A stretch of DNA of 64,000 nucleotides, from the NCBI GenBank assembly GCA_022009675.1, contig CP091718.1:1609225-1673224 (forward strand). The letters run 5' to 3'. A program made the position numbers and the translations under genes. Each line of letters opens with the position of its first letter. Position 1 is the stretch's first letter. Under the pieces are notes generated by a model. It had not been told where the DNA came from, made no database searches, and was given only the letters and a program-made list of their open reading frames with translations. This document shows, in pieces, positions 41,628 to 52,653 of the stretch. This stretch comes from Oscillospiraceae bacterium (GTDB taxonomy: Bacteria; Bacillota; Clostridia; Oscillospirales; CAG-272).

Positions 41628-42031
41628 GGGAAAATCAGTGGAAATATGTCGGAGGAAGTCCGGATGCGGTAAAAGACTTTAGCGTCGACAAAGTCGCGGA
41701 AATGGTTTTGATGGATGCTCAAAAGGATGGCAGAAAGATGCGAATCATTGATTCTTATGATTCGCCAATTGAAAGCAATGAGTACAGGATAGCATTGCGT
41801 ACTGGCGAAGATGATTACCATTTCATGATCCAACATAGTGACGGATCTTGGTCACATAAACCGGGGTTCTGTAGTACAAGATTAATTGATGGAGATAATC
41901 CAAGTGTAATTTCGTGGGATGCTCCTCAAGTCAATACCTTTCTTTTATACAATTTCGGCATAGTGAAAGAGATAGGCTATGTGCCCAATTACTATGACAG
42001 TAGGACGGTCTACTTTGCAGTATCTAAATAA
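41576..42031 (+). pseudogene. orphan toxin-like domain without start (Cys-His type?)
   Basis: The open frame from 41576 reads ...DYNCYAYALGENQWKYVGG...YHFMIQHSDGSWSHKPG.... The NCYxYA + H pattern suggests a papain-like fold. This is a weak call. Confidence 0.3.
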
Positions 42032-42045
42032 GGAGGCAGCAAGCA

Positions 42046-42408
42046 ATGAAAAGAATTATGAATTGGATTATTTTTGTATCTATTTGTCTCGTATGTATGG
42101 CTTTCGTTTTCGGATGCCGATTAATATCAAGCACGAACGATGGTAGGGAGGCATCTATGAAAGATTATTACACAAGGGAGGATTTCCAATCCATTGTAAT
42201 AGGAAAATCCACGTATCAAGATGTATATGTTATTGCGCCCATAGAGACTTTGCAGATTACATCTTATGGAGGATTTTGCGATTACCCTATGCAAAACGGG
42301 GGATATGTCCGTATAAAGTTTTACGAAAAAAATCTGATCGTAGGTGATATTGAAGAGATCTCTCTGCCTCCGGAAACGAAACCTAATGAGGAAACGTTGC
42401 ATCAATAA
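42046..42408 (+). CDS. lipoprotein, immunity candidate
   Basis: Signal peptide with lipobox (MAFVFGC); 120 aa. Confidence 0.55.
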   Translation: MKRIMNWIIFVSICLVCMAFVFGCRLISSTNDGREASMKDYYTREDFQSIVIGKSTYQDVYVIAPIETLQITSYGGFCDYPMQNGGYVRIKFYEKNLIVGDIEEISLPPETKPNEETLHQ

Positions 42409-42430
42409 GGAACGATAGAAATCATTTCTT

Positions 42431-42832
42431 TTGATATGGGAACCCACTTCCTGTTGTATTTGTATGACGAGAACGGCGCTCCCGTCGGGTTGCAGTACCG
42501 AAACAAGACCTATGGAACGTATACGTTTGACACCTACTACTTCGAGAAGAACCTGCAAGGGGACATTATCGCCATCTACACGGAAAAACGGAACCAAGAT
42601 AGGCTCGTACACCTATGACGCATGGGGCAACTGCACGGTTTCCACCGAGTCGGGCGCGACAACGATTCAGAAGCGGATTGTCCGCACGCTCAATCCGTTC
42701 CGGTATCGGGGGTATTACTACGATACCGAGACCGGGCTGTACTATCTGCAAAGCCGGTATCGAGAGGGTGCTGAGGAAGCAGGGTGGAGATACTATTGGG
42801 ATGTTATAAGACCGCCAATGATTGTTTGTTAA
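42431..42832 (+). pseudogene. short orphan RHS core fragment, truncated after LQSRY
   Basis: LYDENGAPVGLQYRNKTYGTYTFDTYYFEKNLQGDIIAIYTE, a shift at an A-run, then GTKIGSYTYDAWGNCTV...FRYRGYYYDTETGLYYLQSRY followed by unrelated sequence. Confidence 0.75.
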
Positions 42833-42844
42833 AGGGAGGGGCTA

Positions 42845-43558
42845 ATGATTACAAGGAATATGGCTTTGCGCATGGCTGTTTTTATCGTTTGTCTGTCTAT
42901 CATTTTTCCACTGTGTGCTTGCGAACCTCATGGTTACAGTGGCTCGGATATGGATCTCATACAGCGTGACCCACAACTCCTTTCCTATGACAGATTACTA
43001 TGAAACCATCACGCCGATGGACACCGATGCTTATGGAAGGGTGCTGTTCGAATATCGCACAAGTATGGCTTTGTTTTATGATACTGAGGACGGATTCGTA
43101 TACGCGTATATGGTCATGCAAAGAAGTGACGAGGACACTTGCTCCTATTATAATTTGGAATGCTGCATGCTTTCAAAAATCTCAACTATCCGGAAATGAG
43201 GAGAATTTGGCCAGTTTGAAGGAAAAGAATGATTGGGGGAAACCCTTGCAGGAAGCACTTATAACAACATCACCAGTGAAAAGAAAATATTTGAGCATCG
43301 ACGAAAGCGAACTGGACAAAATTGCCCGGATGATGGGAATTCGTGATAAGTATCAGTGTGGAAGTTTTTCATCTGATCCTCTGGGGGGGAGAAGTAATTC
43401 TTTTCCGGGAATATGATGACGCGGACGGATTGGTGTATCATGATGCATATGCAGCTATACTGCCTTACGGATATGCAGGCGAAGCTGTACAGTATGTGAA
43501 GCTGGTCGATATTTATAACTATCCGGAAGAACTTGCTGTGTGGCTAAGGAAACACTGA
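42845..43558 (+). pseudogene. lipoprotein immunity candidate, multiple frameshifts
   Basis: AAGGGAGGGG RBS, then MITRNMALRMAVFIVCLSIIFPLCAC. The reading continues through ORFs 42915-43199, 43000-43416 and 43343-43558. Confidence 0.4.
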
Positions 43559-43688
43559 TTATAGCAACTTCCAAAATAGCAGTCACCCTTGACAATTGCA
43601 GCAAAGAGTGGTACAATATGTCACAGGGAGATGAGAAAAATGGGCAAAATGCTGCACGTGCGGGGCAGAAAGCGGCTGTTGAACGGCG

Positions 43689-43916
43689 ATGACAAACAAC
43701 ACATATCACGCCGCAGGCATAGAGCTGCGGTATCTGCCGCCGTACAGCCCCGATATGAATCCGATTGGGATGCTGTGGTCGAAGATAAAGGCGCTTTTGC
43801 GCAAATGGGAGTGCCAGACTGCCGAACTCTTGCTTAAAACTGTCTCCTGTGCGCTTTTGTGCGTCAGTCAACGGGATTGCGTTGGCTGGTTTAAAGCCGA
43901 TGGATATTGCCTGTAA
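43689..43916 (+). mobile_element. IS630/Tc1-mariner-type transposase, C-terminal fragment
   Basis: IELRYLPPYSPDMNPIGMLWSKIKALLRK. Confidence 0.7.
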
Positions 43917-44043
43917 TTTTGGGAATTGCTATAATAGTACTGGGATGTATCAGGCATTTAAGAATACGTGGGGCGGAGATTCGCGGTGGTCATTCTATGA
44001 CTATCTTAACTTAGCCATTCTCCAAAATTTTGATAATGAGGTT

Positions 44044-44579
44044 ATGAATATGAAAAAGATGTGTTTTCTATTTATTGTGCTAATACTTTTTACATCGTGT
44101 TCGCTTGGAGATGAATATATGAATGCTTTTTAAGAAAAAAATGATGAAAGTATCGCTAATAATACTTTTTGAAAAAGTGATCAATACGATAAAGTTTAAA
44201 GACAATACCGAACTTGAAGCGCTGTTTTCAAAAAGTCGCACAAAGTGAGGCAAGTAATCTTGGAGAAAATTCCATAAAATTATTTGAATTCATTCAAGGA
44301 GATATTGTTTCATTTTTCTGATGCGTCAGAAGCGGGAGTAGGAGTTGATTATAAAAACAGAACAAGCAAAAAAAGCAAAAGATAGTACAGTCTGCCTTTT
44401 ATCTTGAAACAAGTGCGCAAAAATATTATATAGCTATTAGAGAATGTACAAAGGATGATTTTGACAATAATAATGTCGGTGTGATATCTATCTACATTAT
44501 CAAATCAGAGGATTGGGATGAGGACTATATATATCGTGGCGATGGGAAATGGACACCGGGAATAAATATCATGGAATGA
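44044..44579 (+). pseudogene. lipoprotein immunity candidate (DUF5104-like?), multiple frameshifts
   Basis: MNMKKMCFLFIVLILFTSCS, then ...FEKVINTIKFKDNTELEALFSK... and ...GDGKWTPGINIME-stop in shifting frames. Confidence 0.35.
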
Positions 44580-44589
44580 TCTTGAGGTT

Positions 44590-44706
44590 GGACGGTTTAT
44601 AAGCGCGGATTCACAATTAAACACTTCTTTTGGGATCTTGGATTCAATCAGTTTTCTTACTGTCTAAACAACCCAGTCAATATGAATGTGGAATTAAGGT
44701 ATTAAG
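44590..44706 (+). pseudogene. scrap of an RHS core tail
   Basis: GRFISADSQLN...SYCLNNPVNMNVE with one frameshift. Confidence 0.5.
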
Positions 44707-44911
44707 AATGTTTGAAGTAAAAAAATATGATGACGGATTATAAGGAATTATGTCTTCTGCATTGTGCAAATTTAAGTGATTGCACTACTAAAGAAGATGT
44801 TAACGGCATAATGCTGCAATGAAGCAACTTGGCAAATTGTTTTATCAGATTCAAGACGAACTAGACAAATCATTTCTTTTGGAATTATTATCGAATGAAA
44901 ATGATCGTACG

Positions 44912-45049
44912 TATCACAACGGCGATGCTTGCTGGTACCTGGTACAGAGCAGTCACATTCGCTTTTTTTCGGCAGGTACCGCCCGAAAGAGCAGGTCACG
45001 GGAGGGTGAAAACCTCTCCTGGGCACATAGCAGAATCCAGCCGAGACCC
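44912..45049 (+). repeat. conserved noncoding element, copy A, abutting an RHS core tail
   Basis: It shares TATCACAAYGGCGATGCTTGCYGGTA, CAGGTAMC-CCCGAAA and GGG-ACATARCAGAAYCCARCCGA with 50303-50423. Confidence 0.6.
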
Positions 45050-45051
45050 AG

Positions 45052-45246
45052 TTGTACTACTTGCAGAGCAGATACTATAATCCCGCGACGGGTAGATTCA
45101 TCAATGCGGATGGATATGTGAATGCCAACGGAACCCTTACCGGATATAACATGTATGCTTATTGTGATAATAATCCTGTGAATGGATATGATCCAGCAGG
45201 CAAATGGACAATTTCAACTGGTTACAATATATCAGCATTTTTTTAA
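45052..45246 (+). pseudogene. orphan RHS core tail
   Basis: YYLQSRYYNPATGRFINADGYVNANG...YCDNNPVNGYDPAGK, ending at an in-frame TAA (45244-45246). Confidence 0.75.
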
Positions 45247-46110
45247 TTGGATGGTTTTACATGGTCTGTTAACATATCATTTGATTCGTCAGGTAACATC
45301 GCAATACAAACAACGAAAGCGAATGTCTTTGAAAAACAAAGCGGTGCCATTATCGGACCAGCTTCAGCAGGTGTGTCAAGAATATTTTCTATTACAAACT
45401 GTGATACAGTTGATGATCTTGAAGGTATCTTTCATAATTATGGTGCTTCTGCAAATGTATATGGTCCTGTTTCAGCAGGTTTAGAAGCAAATTTCACCCC
45501 TGATGATGAATGGGGAGGTATTACGGTTTCTGGTGGCGTTGGAGCTGGCGTAGATATACACGCTTCTGCAACTAACACAGAAACTGTGGTTAAGTTTAAC
45601 CCTGCGGAATGGATTAAAGGAGCATGGAAAAAAATAAAGGGGGGTGTTTGCTTAATGAAAAAATATGCAGCTTCCGGAATAATAAGGTATATTTTTATAG
45701 CGCCATTGATCCCGTGCTTATTGGTACTAATATTTTCCCTTATGTATATTAGACAAGGTCAATTCGGTTTCCTTTGTTTCTGTGTTTTGTTCTTTTTATT
45801 TGTTTTTTTCATTACCATTGAACTCATACTTTTTCATAATGCGTTCCTTCGCATTTTTTTATTGATGATAAAGGAATTGCAAATAAATATTTTTCGGTTA
45901 TATTGGGATGATGCACTTGCATTCCGAATTATTGAAGTGAATTTTTGGGGGTTTTACCCAAAAAAATACTCGGTCGATATTCTGTGCATAGGAGATGTCT
46001 CCGCGAATTCTTTCCCTGCACTTGATCCTCGTAAGACAATTTTTATATCTCTCAACAAAAGAACAAAAGAAATTATACGCGCGGTGGCAGGAGATAAATT
46101 CCCTTTATAG
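45247..46110 (+). CDS. toxin-like segment continuous with a polytopic membrane (immunity-like) segment
   Basis: It is in the same frame as 45052-45246. The first ~135 aa are Gly/Ser/Ala-rich. From MKKYAASGIIRYIFIAPL (45656) the sequence is strongly hydrophobic. Confidence 0.4.
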   Translation: MDGFTWSVNISFDSSGNIAIQTTKANVFEKQSGAIIGPASAGVSRIFSITNCDTVDDLEGIFHNYGASANVYGPVSAGLEANFTPDDEWGGITVSGGVGAGVDIHASATNTETVVKFNPAEWIKGAWKKIKGGVCLMKKYAASGIIRYIFIAPLIPCLLVLIFSLMYIRQGQFGFLCFCVLFFLFVFFITIELILFHNAFLRIFLLMIKELQINIFRLYWDDALAFRIIEVNFWGFYPKKYSVDILCIGDVSANSFPALDPRKTIFISLNKRTKEIIRAVAGDKFPL

Positions 46111-46162
46111 TGTTTTATTGCTGTTTTGGACAGATTGCATCAAAAAAATTTCTTTATAATCC

Positions 46163-47167
46163 GTGCTGCAGTCTGACTACCGGTTTGCCTACAATGCAGA
46201 CGGGATCCGGACCTCCGAGACGATTGGCGGTCAAGAGCACCGCTACCTGCTGAACGGGAGCCAGATCGTGGCGGAGGAGTTCGGCATATACTGTCTTGTA
46301 TACCTGTACGACGAGAACGGCGCGCCCATCGGGATGCAGTACCGGACGCAGAGCATGGCGGCCGGGGAGTTCCAGGACTACTTCTTTGAGAAGAACCTGC
46401 AGGGGGACATTGTTGCTATCTATAACGCCGCCGGAAAGAAAAATCGGTACGTATACGTATGACGCCTGGGGAAATTTTACCTTCAGCACGGCATCCGATG
46501 CGACGACGGTGGAGAAGCGCATCGTGCGGACATATAACCCCTTCCGCTACCGCGGGTACTACTACGATACTGAGACCAAACTGTACTATTTGCAGAGTCG
46601 GTATTATAATCCTGAAACGGGACGGTTCCTCAATGTAGACTCCTGCCTGTACAGTCATATACTGGGCTACAACCTTTACCTGTACTGCCACAATAATCCG
46701 GTAAACTACTATGACCCCAAAGGGGATGACGCGATTGCACTGCTTGCGGGATGGGCTTCGTCCGCATGGGGATTGGCTGCTGCCGACGGACCGTTGCCAA
46801 TTGGGGACATCATATATGGCGCGGGGTGCCTTGTGCTCGGGAGTGTCGTCATAATAGAGGCTATAACTGTTTCAGACGAGGCTGCTGCTTTTCCAGTGGA
46901 CAATTCATTTCCAACAGTTGATGTTTTGCCGTATGATACGGCGGTGATTGACGCCGCTATTGACGCCGCTACGGTTAGTATTCGTATTGGAGTGACTGTG
47001 GCGAAGGAAAAACATGATCCAGATCCCTTTGCTCGACCGGGACAAAAGAAGCAAGGGCGAGAGAGAAAAGAAAAAAGAAAGGAGCAGATAATTGGAATCC
47101 AAATCCCAATAAGCGTCCCAAACCTCTTCCTCACCATACACCGGGACGTGATCATCAAAAGTATTAA
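46163..47167 (+). pseudogene. orphan RHS core fragment + C-terminal toxin, frameshifted
   Basis: A divergent core (LYDENGAPIGMQYRTQSMAAGEFQDYFFEKNLQGDIVAIYN), then YCHNNPVNYYDPKGD. The CT ends ...ARPGQKKQGRERKEK, shift, ...NKRPKPLPHHTPGRDHQKY-stop. Confidence 0.75.
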
Positions 47168-47168
47168 T

Positions 47169-47658
47169 ATGAAAATGTGGAAAAATAGATACCAAAGAGA
47201 ATGAATACTACCGTGAGCACCAAGTCCGCAGGGGGCTTCGTCTCCGGTTCAATCAACAGGTAAACTCCGAAGTCCGGAGAGCCTGTGTTGAATTCGGAGC
47301 GTGGCTTCGTAAAAACTATGAGTTTCCTATCCGTGTGGTGGTTTATATAAGGTCAACGGAAAAGATAAGAGCCAAGGATGGAGAACAGGTAAGCGCAACT
47401 TTCTGGGAGCCAATTGATCCGCTGGAGGAGCCGTATATCAGGATTTCCACAGGTGAATATTTATCAGAGGCGGGGAGCTTTGGACAGGATAATGCATTGG
47501 CGGGGATCCTTCATTCCATCTCACATGAGTTGACTCACTATTATCAGTGGATACACAGAATGGATAACAGTAACAGCGACAGACTTACTGAGTGGCAAGC
47601 CAGTTACTATGCGACTATGGTGATACGCCAGTACGCGTCAACGAGAGAGCATCCATAA
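47169..47658 (+). pseudogene. immunity candidate with HExxH, one frameshift
   Basis: MKMWK, a shift in the A5 run 47181-47185, then IDTKENEYYREHQ...ILHSISHELTHYYQW. Confidence 0.4.
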
Positions 47659-47667
47659 AAAGAACCG

Positions 47668-47928
47668 GTGGACAAGCCCAAGCCACCAGACCGAAGCCTT
47701 CCGATAGAGGGTGAACCAAACTCCGACTTAGATTTAAATGACAGCGAAGGAACTAAGCAACGAAGGCACTATGGCCCGGACGGAAAAGCACAAAACGATA
47801 TAGATTATCGGCATGCTGATCCTAAGAATACACATGAATTTCCTCACAAGCATAAGTGGGATTGGAATGATCCTAGCAATCCTATACGTTCAAAACCCAT
47901 CCCAATCGAAAAGGAGATTTTCCCATGA
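47668..47928 (+). CDS. orphan toxin-like C-terminal domain
   Basis: RRHYGPDGKAQNDIDYRHADPKNTHEFPHKHKWDW resembles tails I have seen on polymorphic toxins. The family is not identified. Confidence 0.3.
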   Translation: MDKPKPPDRSLPIEGEPNSDLDLNDSEGTKQRRHYGPDGKAQNDIDYRHADPKNTHEFPHKHKWDWNDPSNPIRSKPIPIEKEIFP

Positions 47929-48192
47929 CACTTGAATATTTTCAGGACGCTCTTCGGCAGAGAAGAGAAATTCTTTTACATTTAGATGGTAAAGAATATT
48001 TCCTGCAGCCAAACTATGATTATGATCCATCTCAATACGTTTTTGTACCAAGCACGCTATATTTCAAATGGTAGTCAGATTTGGGATGTGCTTTACACGG
48101 GAGCAGTCTGTGATATCCTCAATTATCAAATTCAAAAACAATACTCTCTTAGCGCGCAATTTGAACAGTTTACTGTGGATTGTATTTTGTAA
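47925..48192 (+). pseudogene. immunity candidate, one frameshift
   Basis: The ATG overlaps the upstream stop (ATGA). MTLEYFQDALRQRREILLHLDGKEYFLQPNYDYDP... continues in ORF 47986-48192. Confidence 0.3.
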
Positions 48193-48242
48193 TTTCATTA
48201 GATTTTTTTCTTTAAAGGCAGGCAGGCGGCTTCAGCGGGACA

Positions 48243-49292
48243 GTGAGCTACGGGTACAGGCAGCTCGGCAGCGGGCGCACCACCGGGCAGGTCAGCTCGT
48301 ACCGGTCGGAGGTGAACGGCGCCGCGACCGCATACACGTATACCTACGACTCCAACGGCAATATCATACGGATCACCGACCAGAGCGGCAAGGTGACGCG
48401 GTATACCTACGATAAGCTGGGACAGCTGACGCGGGAGGATAACCCGTACCTGAACAAGACCTACGTGTACACCTACGACAACGCAGGCAATCGGCTTAGT
48501 AAGAAAAAATATGCGTATACGACGGGCACACCGGGTAACGAAACCGCGACCGAGTCTTACAATTATACCGGCGACCGGTTGACACAGGTCGGTTCGACGG
48601 TATATCAGTATGACGCCATCGGCAACCCCACCACCTACAACGGGTATACGCTGGAGTGGAACGGTCGCAAACTCATGGAGATGTCCATGAACGTGGGACA
48701 GTTCCTGTATACCTTCGCGTATAACGCCGAGGGCATCCGAACCGTCAAGACAAACGGCAGTACGATCCACCACTACACGCTGAACGGCTCCCAAATCGTC
48801 ACCGAGACATGGACGACGAAGAGCAGTAGTGGCGCGGAGACCCCGAACCACTTCCTGGTATACCTCTATGATGAGAACGGCGCTCCCATCGGGTTGCAGT
48901 ACCGAAACAAGAGTGATGCCAAAAATGTATTCTACACCTACTACTTCGAGAAGAACCTGCAGGGGGACGTCATCGCCATCTACACCGAGGACGGGACAAA
49001 AATCGGCTCCTACACCTATGATGCCTGGGGCAACTTCACCTATGCGTATGCCACCGGGGCCACCACGGCGCAGAAGCAAATTGTCCGCACGTTGAACCCC
49101 TTCCGGTACCGGGGATACTACTACGATACCGATACGGGGCTGTACTATCTTCAGAGCCGGTACTATAACCCCCAGTGGGGACGGTTTCTCAATGCGGATG
49201 GGCAGTTAAATGGTGGCTTGCTGGGCTACAATATGTTCGCCTATTGTGGAAATAATCCTGTTATGCGAGCAGATCCGGATGGGGAATCCTAG
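48243..49292 (+). pseudogene. orphan RHS core fragment
   Basis: 349-aa open frame, near-identical to 36830-37500 and then diverging. The tail reads YCGNNPVMRADPDGES followed by an in-frame TAG (49290-49292). Confidence 0.85.
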
Positions 49293-49313
49293 ATTCTCAT
49301 AGGGCTAATAACA

Positions 49314-49724
49314 GTGTGTGTGTGTTTGTTATCCGGTTGTTCCTCAAATTCTGAGCCGGCACCTGGACCAGAACAGCCCAAGCCTAGTGTAGAGCCATAT
49401 TCGTCATATGGCGGAGGTATAGGTAATGTATATATTGTTACTGAAGATAAAATAGCCGAAATAGAGAGTAACATAAGTGACACCGATGTTATTATTTTTG
49501 ATTATAGGACTAATGATGACCCCAACATGCAGATTAAGCAATCTTATAAAATAGGGAAGAAAAAGCATCAGAAAGAAATAGCTCAGATAATGATTGATTA
49601 TAATTCTGAAAATCCGGTGGATCCGGCATGGAATCGATCGGTCAATTCTCTTGTAGATGAATGGCGTTTTCATAATTTTGCTTATTCAATAGGATATAAG
49701 AGGGAAAAGAACGGCCGATACTGA
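49314..49724 (+). CDS. lipoprotein-like protein in frame with the preceding RHS fragment
   Basis: ...LIGLITVCVCLLSGCSSNSEPAP (lipobox). It is in the same frame as 48243-49292, separated only by the TAG. Confidence 0.4.
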   Translation: MCVCLLSGCSSNSEPAPGPEQPKPSVEPYSSYGGGIGNVYIVTEDKIAEIESNISDTDVIIFDYRTNDDPNMQIKQSYKIGKKKHQKEIAQIMIDYNSENPVDPAWNRSVNSLVDEWRFHNFAYSIGYKREKNGRY

Positions 49725-49853
49725 TTTTTAACAATAACGATGAGGGGAAGGGCTTTTTGGGATTTTTGTGTGGAGGTGATAAGAGGATATGTATATTAAA
49801 AATTCTACAATGGGTGATGTTATTGTCCGGAGGAATCTCCGCCTGTAATTTAC

Positions 49854-50236
49854 TTGCATTTTTATTTTTTTGCCTTTAATGTTTCCAATGGCAAATGTCT
49901 CAATTATCAAGTTAACCTTTATAGCTATAGCAGAAAAAAAGGTACGGTTATATTTTTAATTAGTTGTATGTTGACTATATTGATTATAATAGGTGCGGCA
50001 TCGATTAAACGAAATCACATATTGTTGCCGATTTTTTTAGTTTGGCTGTATATTTAGGTGACTTGATGTATGTTGGGTGTTTATTTGTTAAGGATTTAAT
50101 AAGTGGCTTTATCAATACGGTTGTTATTTGGTCAGGCATTGTTGATATTATAGCTATAGTCCTGTTTGCCCTATATTTTTACGGGGCGAATCAAGAGTAT
50201 AAAACAAAATATACACTAATAGAGCTTTACTTTTAG
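49854..50236 (+). pseudogene. small membrane protein(s), frameshifted
   Basis: Hydrophobic ORFs 49854-50057 and 50042-50236 in an AT-rich tract. Confidence 0.3.
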
Positions 50237-50302
50237 CGACAAAGCTATATCGAGCCATTAAAAAGGTTTCAGGAGTACACCTGACAAGTTTTGCTTTTGT
50301 GG

Positions 50303-50423
50303 TATCACAATGGCGATGCTTGCCGGTAGACAACATTTTGTTTCATCAGGTAACCACCCGAAAAGTCACAGTCCCGGAGGGGGATGACCCCTCTGGGTAC
50401 ATAACAGAACCCAACCGACACCG
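50303..50423 (+). repeat. conserved noncoding element, copy B, abutting an RHS core tail
   Basis: See 44912-45049. It contains the hairpin CCCGGAGGGG-GATGA-CCCCTCTGGG. Confidence 0.6.
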
Positions 50424-50689
50424 GGCTGTACTATCTGCAAAGCCGGTACTATAACCCGCAGTGGGGACGGTTCTTGAATGCGGATGGGTATGTCAGCACC
50501 GGAACAGGACTGCTGGGCTACAATATGTATGCGTATTGTAATAATAATCGTGTTATGGGATATGGCTCAAATGGAAATATGATAATTCATAATCCTCGAA
50601 TGTTTTTCAACTATGGATTTATTCATGAAGCTTTTTATATGGTGAAAGGAGTTTGTATGCAATTAATATCTTATATAAGAAAAATGTAA
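50424..50689 (+). pseudogene. orphan RHS core tail with short C-terminal extension
   Basis: GLYYLQSRYYNPQWGRFLNADGYVSTGTGLLGYNMYAYCNNNRVMGYGSNGN... Confidence 0.6.
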
Positions 50690-50759
50690 TGTACTGTTCA
50701 AAGGCATAGTTTTGTATATAGTTCTGTTTTTCGGTATTAACTTCATGCAATACTAATTG

Positions 50760-51162
50760 GAATATTTTTCGGTGAATGGGATTATAAATTGCCAAATGGA
50801 TATCAAATTTCTCGTCTTAGTGGTGATATAATAATTTTACACACTAATCGTTATATTCCAGTAGAAGGCAAGCCGGATGAATTGACAAATGTTATGATAA
50901 ATAGTCGTATTTTTATCTTTTTAGTTATGATGAAAGATATATTGGTATTCAATGGATTGACCCATTAGAGATAGGTGAGGAAGACATTAATACTATTGAA
51001 ACTCAAAATGTTTTATATTATCTTGTTGACAGTGAACTTGATATCAAATATGGAGCATTTGAAACAGAAGAAGAATTTAATGAGTTTTGTCGAAGTAAAT
51101 CAATTGAAAATATTTTCGATTGGATAAAAACGAGTCCTGCCCCAAAAGGCGCGACGTATTAA
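50760..51162 (+). pseudogene. immunity candidate, frameshifted
   Basis: ...WDYKLPNGYQISRLSGDIIILHTNRYIPVEGKPDE... then ...YDERYIGIQWIDPLEIGEEDINTIETQNVLYYLVD... Confidence 0.3.
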
Positions 51163-51201
51163 AGGCAAGTAGTAAAATTATGATTCGTAAATGATATAGA
51201 G

Positions 51202-51435
51202 ATGTCATATTCATATACATATGGTGTCAACGGAAACATTACTTCAATCACATGGAAGGAATCACATGGAAGGGAAATAGATGAATATCGTAGCGAAGTA
51301 CATAGCTATGAAGATAAATCAAATGTCATCGCCCAAGATTTACCGTCATATTTGTTTACACCTTCGAATCATTTAGTCGTTTATTATCCAAATGGACTGG
51401 AGGGGTCGGTTTATGAATGGGATAAAGGTCAATAG
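51202..51435 (+). pseudogene. YD-repeat scrap
   Basis: MSYSYTYGVNGNITSITWKE... Confidence 0.4.
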
Positions 51436-51843
51436 AAAAATCAAACGAGTGCTCATCTTTTTCGGTTGCATCATGATGATCTCGCTGTTAGCCATCTGTG
51501 CGGTATATGCCTTTTGGTACAGGGAGCAGGTAAAAAAATCACAGAATTTGATGTCTCTCTCATTCAATATGAATTGGACTATTTTCCATATGACGGTGGA
51601 ATGTATCGACCAATAGAAGATGGGAAAGAGGCAAGACAGGTTGTTGCAATGGTATTAAAAAATAAATTTGACGATTTCAAAAGCTTTGGATACAGATCGG
51701 AAATTTATTATGATACCACCCACGATATATGGTGGGTCAGATATTATCAACATCACTATAAAGTGGGAGAGCATACTGGCGGTGTATACGATGTGGCTAT
51801 GAAAAGCGATGGGACATTGATCGCATATTGGGGAGAAAAGTAA
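51413..51843 (+). pseudogene. membrane-anchored immunity candidate (NTF2-like?), one frameshift
   Basis: MNGIKVNRKIKRVLIFFGCIMMISLLAICAVYAFW then ...EARQVVAMVLKNKFDDF...DIWWVRYYQ...GGVYDVAMKSDGTLIAYWGEK. Confidence 0.4.
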
Positions 51844-52101
51844 TATAGCAGCCTCATGTAACACAGCGAAGCGGACTACTATGATGCTGTGGGCTAACCG
51901 TCCTGGCTCGAATGGGGAAACGAGGCGAGTTATTACGATAGACCTTGGGAGGTTACGGCTGATTATTATGGGAGCGTTCAATCACGATCGCATTCACAAG
52001 TAGCAATTAATGAAGGTTTTTATTATCTGTGGTTGAGTAAGAAGGTCGGTCCATTTGCCCATCGGACAATTCGGTAAAAATATTTATTTGGAGGAACAGC
52101 G

Positions 52102-52537
52102 GTGAAGAAATTTATTTCTTTATGCGTTTTCATCCCGTTGCTTTGTGCGGGGGCGTGTTTATTGTAATACTGCGGATCCAAAATTGGTAGCGTACTATAG
52201 GGATGAGTCGAATTATATTCAAGTTGTTGGCGAAGTAACCGAGATATATGATGACCCCAAGTACGGCATTACATTTGCTCTTTCTAACATGAATACAAAG
52301 CTTGACGATATATGCTTTAGAATCAGAGGGAAAAATGCAGACATTGTCCGAAAAAATGATTATGAGAACAAGATTGCTGTTGGAGATATGATAACCATTA
52401 TGACGTGCCCCAGGTACTTTTACGATGGCTATGAATATCCTGTAGTGGCGCTGTCTGTAGATGATGTGGATTTGCTGCTGTTTGATGATGGTTTCCCTAA
52501 TTGGAATGAGTTTTATGTCAAAAACAGAAAAAGGTAA
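52102..52537 (+). pseudogene. lipoprotein immunity candidate, one frameshift
   Basis: GGAGG + GTG, VKKFISLCVFIPLLCAGAC, then ORF 52145-52537. Confidence 0.4.
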
Positions 52538-52653
52538 CTATTGGTGTTTATGCAGACTTTAGAATGAACGGTGTTAAGGTCTCAATGTTCCAATAGTTGT
52601 AGATTGTTCGCAAACAACTACACCTATCATTCTACACCTTCACATGGAAGAGG

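Noticed and set aside
44912-45049. The 3' end of a group II intron (domains V-VI) inserted before the RHS core.
   Set aside because: There is no AGC triad, no 34-nt domain V shape with a GNRA loop in both copies, no bulged-A domain VI that I could fold, and no intron-encoded protein nearby.
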